Notes under the pieces: generated by a model
What the model was told of the DNA's origin: nothing
What the model saw: only the letters and a program-made list of their open reading frames with translations
Database searches by the model: none
Translations under genes and position numbers: made by a program
Shown: one piece after another, positions 27,455-37,273 of the stretch
Layout: each line of letters opens with the position of its first letter
Position numbering within the stretch: the first letter of the stretch is position 1
Assembly (NCBI RefSeq): GCF_964355755.1
Contig: NC_092673.1
Location: 21,635,648-21,699,647 of the forward strand
Direction of reading: 5' to 3'
Length of the DNA: 64,000 bases
Source: Antedon mediterranea
Taxonomy: Eukaryota > Animalia > Echinodermata

Positions 27455-27975
27455 AGCTCTGTCAAAGTTTATCTGACAACAAAATGTGATGTCCCCATAT
27501 ATGGACATGATAATGTCATACCACTACCATATGGCCGAGCGAGTCATATGGCCGAGCGGTTAAGGCAGGGGCGCCGTTTACCGTACCTAAAGAGCCAACA
27601 ACAACATCGGCAAGGGTTCGAGGCCGACTCGCTCCTAGTTCTGGTGGTGGAACAAGTCTTCTCGGATAAGGACTATAAACCGTAGGTCCAGTGTACACAG
27701 TTATAACCTGTGTGTACTTTAAAGAACCCAGTTCATTATTCGAAAAAGAGTAGGGGTTACCCCGGTGAACTGGTTCACACAATAGCCCCTTTATCAGGGG
27801 ATTACCACCTATCTGATAGGACAGTGATTAATTCACTATTGGTAATCCTTGGCCACATTGCCTAAAGACATAAAATTAAAAAAAATAAATAAAAAATATT
27901 TGGGCATATCACTACCATATTTTGAAACATCACACTTTTCTTATCAAACCAGTTTGATGAGCTTTAGATGGAGCT
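27455..27975. mobile_element. MITE family A interrupted by a tRNA-Deu SINE (about 27532-27895)
   Basis: MITE halves split at ctaccatat|...|atttgggca; the insert has TGGCCGAGCGGTTAAG A-box, GGTTCGAGG B-box, CGGATAAGGACTATAAACCG core and an A-rich tail. Confidence 0.8.
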
Positions 27976-28028
27976 TTTGATTACTACCTTATAAATGACA
28001 TTAATTTTAACATCTTTACATTTTACAG

Positions 28029-28203
28029 GAAGCCTTTGAAATACACAAACTATCCTTTATATCAAAATCAAAAGAACGTGTTAAGAAAGTTAAATTGGCA
28101 GCAGAAGAACGACAGATACAGGAGCATTACGAAAAGGAACGATTGAAAATGTTCCAAGAAGAGAAACCAAAACATGCCAATCCACATGCGCATCCGCTTA
28201 GTG
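28029..28203 (+). CDS. ALMS1: ALMS1-like exon 8, start of ALMS motif (EAFEIHKLSFISKSKERVKKVK...HPLS)
   Basis: ttttacag acceptor, G|gtgagt donor; SLxEA...FISxSxER signature of the ALMS motif. Confidence 0.92.
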
Positions 28204-29120
28204 GTGAGTATCTAGTAGATATTATTCAAATAATTAGGGAGCTTAATGACCTAATAACTATTTTATATTATGTATGCACTTTAGGAGCGTGCTTGCTCAC
28301 TCACCCAATTCCTCATAACAGTTTTTGGTGGGTACTTGGTTTACTAGACAACTAATGACACAATATACGTAGGTCCTAAAGCCTTGTCTACGCTTTATGT
28401 GACAAAACAATGGGATGTGCCCATATATGGACATGTAGTTTGATGTGTAGAAAGTGTTTAAGTCATCGCAAATCAAAATCTCTCTACTTACAAGCTTATA
28501 TTCCTCAAGTCTGATTAGCACTTAGAATAGGATATTACAAATTATTTGTTTTTAGGACTTAATATGCTGCAATTGTTTTCCTTGTTTGAAGAAGGAATGC
28601 TTGTGAACTAATTTTGATAAATGAAAAATAAAATTCAAATAAATCTTGTTCTATTCCAGAGGAAACAAACAATATAGTTACAGATGCAGCTCCCATTTCT
28701 TGTTCAGTTAAGAAATTCAGGTGATTTTAGCAAAAAACTAGGCAAACTCAAACAGGTGGTAGTATCAATTATAAGGGTAGCATTTTGTTTATTGGTGAAG
28801 GTATATAAATACATGTTTTTGGGGGAGATAATTTTGTTTGTATATTATTAGTGTGTGTTTTTTTTAATATGTATAATATTCAGGAGAAATGTGATGTACC
28901 TGTAAATCTTTATGTATACATTTTTATGTTGAACTGTTAATGAAAATGTAATATGTTTGTACTATTTCATTTCTTAAAGCAAATTAGTATATTTTTATTT
29001 GATTTGGTACTAATTTTTCATACAGTATAAACATAGATTCTATTTTGGTTTTCCTAGTTTATCAGAAACTTTAATGTCCCAAACAGAGAGTAGCTTATAC
29101 TTTGGTGTTATTAGATACCC

Positions 29121-29645
29121 ATTAGATAAGTTTCATTTTTCCCTCTTAGCTCATAAAGACCAAGATCTTGTTCAACATTTTTAATGTTTTGGCAAACTTT
29201 ACACAGTTTTGTTTCTACCTCTTTAGCTCTTGTTGGTGAAGGAATTTACATACAAAACTTCAGTCAATCCATTCCATGTTATTAGTAGAGTAAAATTTCA
29301 GACAATCAAACTATAAAGACCAAAATCTTTTTCAACATTTATAATGTTTTTGGCAAACTTTAAACTTTGGACCGTAAACTTTGAACCATAAACTTTGAAC
29401 CATAAACTTTGAACCTTGAGTTACTATTAGATAAGATTCATTTCTACCTCTTACCTCTTCTTGTTGGTGAAGGAATGTACATGCCAAACTTCAGTCAATC
29501 CATCCATCCATCAGGCTAGTCAAATTTCAGACAAGCAAATCATAAAGACCAAGATCTTGTTCATAATTTTGAATGCTTTGGCAAAGTTTAAACCTTAAAC
29601 TTTAAAATTTAAACTTTCCACCTGAAACTTTAAACCTTGAGTTAC
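29121..29645. repeat. Imperfect direct duplications with AAACTTTGAACCAT subrepeats
   Basis: attagataag.ttcattt, ttggtgaaggaat.tacat and cataaagaccaagatcttgttca blocks recur. Confidence 0.65.
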
Positions 29646-29683
29646 CTTGATTTAATGCATATTTTGTGTTTTTGATTCAATAG

Positions 29684-29747
29684 ACCAACTTCACTCGCCA
29701 AAACGAAGGGTAATGTCAAGAAAGGAAATGAAAGCACAAACAGAAAG
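29684..29747 (+). CDS. ALMS1: ALMS1-like exon 9 (DQLHSPKRRVMSRKEMKAQTER)
   Basis: caatag acceptor, AG|gtaaga donor, phases 1/2; matches the ALMS-motif PKxRxxSxKEM segment. Confidence 0.9.
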
Positions 29748-30087
29748 GTAAGATTTCATTTGGTATTTAATGGCATTTTCTGATATTAATATTTGCTCCT
29801 GTACACAGTAGCATAACAACTGAAACGTTTAATTCTCCACTTAACTTTATTTCCTTTTCAAAACATATTATGTATCACAAGGTTTTTTTGCTTGTCAATC
29901 ATCCAGTTTGTCATGTTAGGGTTCTCTAGGTTCATACTTTACATCTATCAAAGACACTAGTAATATACTCAATAAACGTGAAGAAGACAATGTCAAAAGG
30001 AATATCACATACTTATTAATGTTTTACTATGGGAAACATTTAATGTTGAGAATAAAATGTATTGAATTTGTTCTTTTGTTTTTCCAG

Positions 30088-30187
30088 GATATACAGCAAT
30101 CTGCCAGAAGTAAAGAAAAAAATCGAAGGACAGAAACGTACGCAGGCAAACCAAACAAACAGACTGAGAGCACAGCTCTATAAAAAG
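30088..30187 (+). CDS. ALMS1: ALMS1-like exon 10 (IYSNLPEVKKK...TNRLRAQLYKK)
   Basis: tttccag acceptor, AAG|gtaata donor; IYxxLPEV and NRLRAQLYKK core of the ALMS motif. Confidence 0.93.
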
Positions 30188-30564
30188 GTAATAATTATAT
30201 TTTTTTAATTTTAAAAATTATCCCTCTACTAATGAATAGTTTTGGTTTTAGCTATGTGCTGCAAGTTGCAGTGATTCAAATCAATTCAACATTCACAAAC
30301 ACAAGTTCTTGTCAACTTGTGATTTGCCTTACTTACTTAATCCCTTACTCTTAATCCCTTACTCTTAATCCCTTACTCTTTGTGAATTTCTTCAAGTTCT
30401 TTAACGTGCACTATGTACACAGGACAAATGGATTTACGTCCTATCCGAAGGATGAGGTAATGAGATCAAAGCATCTTGCCTAAGGATACACTTAGTATGG
30501 TACAGATAACCTCAAACCCATGCCTATCACATGCTAGTCCGATATTATCATTCACTCTCCGGTA

Positions 30565-30680
30565 TATAAAGCACCCGCAGCGATTCCAGACGTCTCCCAT
30601 CCAGAATGCAACCGGGTCCGACATTGCTTAACTTCGGTGATCTGACGAGAATCGGTGTTTCAACGCTGTATGGGCGTATC
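30565..30680 (-). pseudogene. Diverged 5S rRNA copy / SINE3-type head in ALMS1 intron 10
   Basis: Minus strand ATACGCCCATACAGCGTTGAAACACCGATTCTCGTCAGATCACCGAAGTTAAGCAATGTCGG...GGATGGGAGAC follows animal 5S rRNA, with many substitutions in the 3' half. Confidence 0.8.
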
Positions 30681-30769
30681 ATCTTATGATTTCTACATGT
30701 ATAACCAGAAACTAAAACAAGTCATAACAATTCACAATAATGATTAAAAATTGTATTCCTGTTTTTCAG

Positions 30770-30820
30770 AAACTTATGGAGCGTTTAAAGGGAAAACAAT
30801 GGACTGGTCCAAGTATATGA
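30770..30820 (+). CDS. ALMS1: ALMS1-like terminal coding exon (KLMERLKGKQWTGPSI*)
   Basis: tttttcag acceptor, phase 0, TGA at 30818-30820. Confidence 0.85.
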   Translation, partial: KLMERLKGKQWTGPSI

Positions 30821-31248
30821 AACTAACAATGGACTGGTCTGAGTATATGAAGTCAACAATGGACTACTCCGAGTATATGAAACTAACAATGGACTGGTCT
30901 GAATATATGAAGTCAACAATGGACTGGTCCAACTATATGAAACCAACAATGGACTGGTCTGAATATATGATGTCAACAATGGACTAGTCTAAGTATATGA
31001 AGTAAAAAATGGACTGGTCTGAGTATATGAAACCAACAATGGACTGGTCTGAATATATGAAGTCAACAATGGACTAGTCTAAGTATATGAAGTAAAAAAT
31101 GGACTGGTCTGAGTATATGAAACCAACAATGGACTGGTCTGAGTATATGAAGTAAAAATGAACTGGTCTGAGTATATGAAACCAACAATGGACTGGTATA
31201 ACTATATGAAGTCAACAATGGACTGGTCCAACTATATGAAGTCGACAA
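30796..31248 (+). repeat. 30-bp minisatellite, about 15 copies, overlapping the ALMS1 stop and 3'UTR
   Basis: Unit ACAATGGACTGGTCTGAGTATATGAAGTCA and variants. Confidence 0.95.
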
Positions 31249-31803
31249 TTAGATTAAAGTGTCTTTAGTTTCAAGGAAACTTTAGATAGTATGTTTTGCT
31301 ATAAACTAGATTTAATAGTTTAAGAGTAATTATTGAATATTGGTAGCTGAACGAAAGTGTTGCCTGTTTATATGTATTTATGTATGGATTTAAGGGTGCT
31401 TTAAATGTATTGTATTATTGATCAATTGATTGATTAATTATGGTTGGTTAATTGATTGTTTATTATATGCATAAATTGTATTTAATACTGCTATGCATAA
31501 TTTAAGCACTTTCTTTCAGACATTTTAAAGTGTTTAGTCTCTGCTGCATGGCCAAAGATGAAATCTTTTTCATAGAATGCGGTTCATTTTCTACTTAAAC
31601 TATTTTGTTTCCAACTGTTTTTCAGTGTGTAATATATTACATAGATTCATAAAGAACATCACATTATTTTGACAGATTTTGTAAAATAAACTAAAAGAAA
31701 TATTTGTATAATGTTTGTGCTCCACAATGTAACAGTATTTTAATTTTATTATTTCTATTTTTTCTCTTAACAGGGTCTTTTGTTGTTTTTTATTTGCCTT
31801 TAT

Positions 31804-31809
31804 AATAAA
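31804..31809 (+). terminator. Candidate polyadenylation signal of the ALMS1-like gene
   Basis: AATAAA (tandem aataaataaa) about 1 kb after the stop; the AT-rich context makes it non-specific. Confidence 0.3.
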
Positions 31810-32056
31810 TAAATATGCTCGCCAGTTTAATAACAACCTATAGTTGTTACATTTAACTTAACGTAAGTCAATTATAATATATATTCAAATACAATATGGA
31901 AACAGATATAAGTAGAGAGTAAGTGGCTAATGTGCAGCAGTATATTATAATGTCATGACTACGTGTAACATTAACTTTTATTGTAGTTACAGGTATAAGG
32001 TATTGAAATTTGCATACAGGTGCTTGGATGTATTGAGCAAGCTATGCAAAGATAAT

Positions 32057-33631
32057 TTAGTGTTATCTGTACGAGGTGAACACACCCATTGGTATAAACC
32101 ATGGAGGAGGTATAGAGACCATTTATAATATACACAATTAGTGTATCTGTACGAGGTGGTACATCAATACACCCATTTGGTATAAGTCATGGAGGTGGTA
32201 TAGAGACCATTTATAATATCCACAATTAGTGTATCTGTACGAGGTGGTACATCAACACACCCATTTGGTATAAACCATGGAGGAGGTATAGAGACCATTT
32301 ATAATATACACAATTAGTGTATCTGTACGAGGTGGTACATCAACACACCCATTTGGTATAAGTCATGGAGGTGGTATAGAGACCATTTATAATATCCACA
32401 ATTAGTGTATCTGTACGAGGTGGTACATCAACACACCCATTTGGTATAAGTCATGGAGGTGGTATAGAGACCATTTATAATATCCACAATTAGTGTATCT
32501 GTACGAGGTGGTACATCAACACACCCATTTGGTATAAGCCATGGAGGAGGTATAGAGACCATTTATAATATACACAGTTAGTGTATCTGTACGAGGTGGT
32601 ACATCAACACACCCATTTGGTATAAGTCATGGAGGTGGTATAGAGACCATTTATAATATCCACAATTAGTGTATCTGTACGAGGTGGTACATCAACACAC
32701 CCATTTGGTATAAGTCATAGAGGTGGTATAGAGACCATTTATAATATACACAATTAGTGTATCTGTACGAGGTGGTACATCAACACACCCATTTGGTATA
32801 AGTCATGGAGGTGGTATAGAGACCATTTATAATATACACAATTAGTGTATCTGTACGAGGTGGTACATCAACACACCCATTTGGTATAAGTCATGGAGGT
32901 GGTATAGAGACCATTTATAATATACACAATTAGTGTATCTGTACGAGGTGGTACATCAACACACCCATTTGGTATAAGTCATGAAGGTGGTATAGAGACC
33001 ATTTATAATATACACAATTAGTGTATCTGTACGAGGTGGTACATCAACACACCCATTTGGTATAAGTCATGGAGGAGGTATAGAGACCATTTATAATATA
33101 CACAATTAGTGTATCTGTACGAGGTGGTACATCAACACACCCATTTGGTATAAGTCATGGAGGTGGTATAGAGACCATTTATAATATCCACAATTAGTGT
33201 ATCTGTACGAGGTGGTACATCAACACACCCATTTGGTATAAGTCATGGAGGTGGTATAGAGACCATTTATAATATACACAATTAGTGTATCTGTACGAGG
33301 TGGTACATCAACACACCCATTTGGTATAAGTCATGGAGGTGGTATAGAGACCATTTATAATATACACAATTAGTGTATCTGTACGAGGTGGTACATCAAC
33401 ACACCCATTTGGTGTAAGTCATGGAGGTGGTATAGAGACCATTTATAATATACACAATTAGTGTATCTGTACGAGGTGGTACATCAACACACCCATTTGG
33501 TATAAGTCATGGAGGTGGTATAGAGACCATTTATAATATCCACAATTAGTGTATCTGTACGAGGTGGTACATCAACACACCCATTTGGTATAAGTCATGG
33601 AGGTGGTATAGAGACCATTTATAATATACAC
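32057..33631. repeat. 88-bp tandem repeat, about 18 highly similar copies
   Basis: Unit ATTAGTGTATCTGTACGAGGTGGTACATCAACACACCCATTTGGTATAAGTCATGGAGGTGGTATAGAGACCATTTATAATATACACA; period 88 (e.g. 32311 to 32399); no unique spacers. Confidence 0.95.
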
Positions 33632-34151
33632 CTTGGTACCAAATATAAAACACCTTGGGACCACAAGGCAGCTAGTTGTTAACATACAGATTATTTTGAG
33701 ATTATGTCTGTATAATATTAATAATATTATTGCCAAGTGTACAAGACTGTATTTAATGAGACAATGTTCTCTTTTTAAAGCTTGGTTCTCACTCGCGGAC
33801 GCAAAACGCGAAGACCTACGCGCAACGCAGTTAATTTGACCAATCACAAGGGGGTGACGGATCATCCAAACTGTTGCTTGTGGGAACCAAACTTTAGAAG
33901 TGTATATTTCGTGTCTAAATGGAGGAAATATTTATTTAGAAAGGGGTTCTAATAATTGCAGGATGACTATGATTACTACTACTTATTTTGATTTATTTTA
34001 ATCTTAATACTTTCAAATTATGACAATATTCGGTAGATAACAAATATTAAACACTGGTATTAAGAAACTTTAATGCCAAATTATTTAAACAAATGGAAAA
34101 AAGAGAATCACAAAACACGACGCGATGGATTATTCGAACTTTCGCGTGTAA

Positions 34152-34294
34152 AGCTTGGTTAGCACTAGGACGTAAAGCTCTGTCTATACTATCAAACTTT
34201 ATGTGACAACAAAATGTGATGTGCCCATATATGGTCAATTCACTTACGTTGCATTTCATCCTTAATTGTGTTGCGTCTCTAGTGGGAATCAAGC
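34152..34294. mobile_element. MITE family B containing a family A fragment (from 34176)
   Basis: AGCTTGGTTAGCACTAGGACGTAA then AGCTCTGTCTATACTATC..., then the family B right arm CTAGTGGGAATCAAGC. Confidence 0.7.
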
Positions 34295-36292
34295 ATTATT
34301 AGTTGTCGTTTTATATTCCGTCATGTTTTTCTCCGTAGGGTCTCTACCCAGAATCACATGGAATTATTGGAAACAACATGTACGATCCTGAAGTAAAACA
34401 TAGATGTAAAACGACCTGCAACATGGCTTACGTTTTGCATCAAATAGTTTTGTGTAATCCTAATAGTTCCTTTTTTTTTAATAGAAAACTATTAATTATT
34501 TCTATTATGAAAATTATCAAATATTTAATATCATTTAAGTTACTGGTGATATGAATAATTTTACATATCTGTATAATATTATAAATATACTATTTTTAAA
34601 TTAATAATTATTTACCTTTTTGTTTCCTTCAATAAACACCAGTACTAATTTAATTCAATGTTCAATGTTATTTTTTAAAAACTAATTCAATTAATTTTCA
34701 TTTCTTTTCAAAAGGTCGTAAAAACAAATTTCAATTATTTTAATTGTGATGTTTGTTTTTAATAATCTGGTCTATATAACTTGTAAATATCTCATATGTA
34801 TATATTAGATTTATTCATATCCTCATTCATTTTGCCTTGTTTGTATATAAATTGTTGACATTTTACTGTTTTTTTTCTTTAAACAGATAATGTGATACGG
34901 TGAATGAAATAATAAATTAAATGACGGCCTACATGATACATGCCTCGTTTTATTTACTATAGTCTACATAGAACTAATATATTCCGCAAAAAAACGCCCG
35001 TGCGTATATACATGGCATTTTTCTTGTTGATAGATTGATTGATTTTTATCTGTGCACATTTTGTTTAAACTGCAATGGTACGCCACTAAACTTTACGACG
35101 GTTTCTGAAATAATGGAACACCTCCTTGGGGACTCAACCATTCAGGACACCTATTCAATAAATGATGAATAAGTTCAGTGTGTTACACAACATTCAGGGG
35201 ACACCCACCATGACTAGTATCGACAACAACTAGTATCGTTCTCGTTGCCAACCGTAAAATGTAAAGATGTATTTCCCCTAAAAATATGAAAAATAAAGAT
35301 TAATAAAATCAGACTTTGAATATATTGTTTTGAATTTTTAATAAAGTTAATCACTTTCGTAGAAAAAAACGGACAACAGTTAATGTTTGTACGCTTGCAG
35401 TCAATTTGACTTTTTTTTTGCTTTAATTTCAGTTTTTAGGTAAATATATTTTTGTTCTCGATCTTTGGTCTAAGTGGATAACTATTAGGTGACTAAAATC
35501 TAATAATTATTTAAAGTTGATTTGTTTTTGTAATACAATTTTACATACATTACATTAATTTGTTGATAAAATTTGTAGGGTGAAACCGATAAAAATACAT
35601 TTATTACAAACAAAATAAATTTTACCAACTTCAAAGATGAACAAAGTTATGATAACTTTAAAAATAACTAAACGACTTCTATGATCATTAAGCCTATTCT
35701 CTATTGGACTATATTTTTATTTGTATATTAATTACAATAAATGACAAAAATAATTATCAAATGTTTTGTAATTGATTACACACGGAAAAAAACTGTCAGT
35801 CAGCAGCCAGAGCCATATTATTTTATCTGCCAGCAGCTAATCAAGCCTGCCCTCAACTTTAAGCAGGTGTTTGACAGATGTTGTGGCAGATATGAATTGT
35901 CACTTTTGGCATACGTACTCTGTGAAACGAAAGAACGCTGTTTAACGTTAATGTTTGTAGTCTCAAATAACCTATTATTCTTGCTGTTTACATTGAAGAA
36001 CCTTTGTTATTTTGCTTACATTTTAATATCACCGGTAGTCCATTGGTTGTGTATTGCGCGGGTACGTTGACAGCACACCTGGCAAAAGTTGTACACACAG
36101 CAGCAATTCAGCCGGAGTGAGACAGACTGATTTTTTTTGGAGGGACAGTCAGTCAGAGACTCATCAACTAGTACAGTAGGGAGGTATTCAGTCGGAATTA
36201 TAGGCCTATACCTGGAAAAATTACTGCAGTGAATGACTGCTGTTTGGTATCAGAAATATTGTACAACTGTTCACTAAAACATTTGTATCAAG

Positions 36293-36296
36293 ATGA
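36293..36296 (+). CDS. ABLIM: abLIM probable start exon (ATG A|gtaagt)
   Basis: ATG followed by a consensus gtaagt donor in phase 1, matching the phase of the 40719 exon (MKNVKC...). Confidence 0.55.
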
Positions 36297-36587
36297 GTAA
36301 GTAAACCTGATAGTTAAATGTAAATAAGACTTGAACCTTGAACTAACTAATGATAAGCAAGTCACAAATATTTTAGGACTTTAAATACAAGTACCCTTGT
36401 TTTTGTAGTTACTTTTAGAAAAAAAAAAATTGATTTAACGTTCAAGTACATGTTCAACCTTAAACTGATATAAAAGGATTACACATTAATCCATATGCCC
36501 ACCAGGAACTTATTGTAAAGATTCTTTTTATTTAACTGGCGCAGGATGAGAATTCTGTTTATTATTATAAATACATTTATTATAAAA

Positions 36588-36928
36588 ATGATATATTGCC
36601 CCCCCCCCCTCCTAAATGTTTTGTTTTGTTTTGAATATGCCATTATAATGTCACATAATAGCTATTCACGTTGACCAAAAACTGGATCTAAAAAAAAATA
36701 AAAAATTCCTGAAAAAATGTAATTTAAACCAATATACGTAAATTGTCTGTCGGATAATGGTTTTTGGTTAAAATTAACCGTTTCATTTGTCTTTTATAAG
36801 TGATTTATAATTATTTTTTTTTGTTTTTTTTTCTACGGAAGTGAATAACTTGATTAAAACTGCAAAATGGCCTATTCAAAATCCGATTGTTTTAATCTTA
36901 ATTTGTCATGTTTTTGGGGGCAATACAA
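36588..36928. mobile_element. Family C TIR element copy
   Basis: ATATATTGCCCCC...GGGGGCAATACA termini; internal sequence matches 1522-1861. Confidence 0.7.
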
Positions 36929-37107
36929 TTATGTATAAACAATTTTGTTGTCATATTGAAAAAATAATATTCTTGTGTTGCAATGGGACAATGGATTGAT
37001 GAATTTAAATTTGAATCACTTTAAAATAATGAATAAATGAAGTAGAATTTTATTATAGGGATTTGTAGCTAAGAGGGTTTAAAAAGCATGAATGGGACAG
37101 GTCCAAC

Positions 37108-37273
37108 AAGGCCGTAGCAAGAGATTAAAAACAGACGAGGCAAAGATGCTTAAATATATTATTAATGTAAAATATATGAAAATCTGTGCTGGGGAAATGG
37201 TGGGTGGGTGGTGGAAATTGAAAATTTCAGACGAGGCGAGTACCTCATGTGCCTCATTCTGGCTACGGCCCTG
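37108..37273. mobile_element. Short TIR element with 5-bp direct flanks
   Basis: TCCAA|CAAGGCCGTAGC...GCTACGGCCCTG|TCCAA. Confidence 0.6.

Noticed and set aside
30565-30680. Functional 5S rRNA gene
   Set aside because: Single intronic copy, diverged 3' half with indels and no clear oligo-T terminator; treated as a pseudogene or SINE head.
30751-30987. ORF with (TMDWSEYMK) repeats as a separate gene
   Set aside because: It is an alternative frame of the minisatellite; the spliced ALMS1 frame ends at 30820.
32057-33631. CRISPR-like regular array
   Set aside because: Units are head-to-tail near-identical with no unique spacers, no cas genes are present, and the context is eukaryotic.
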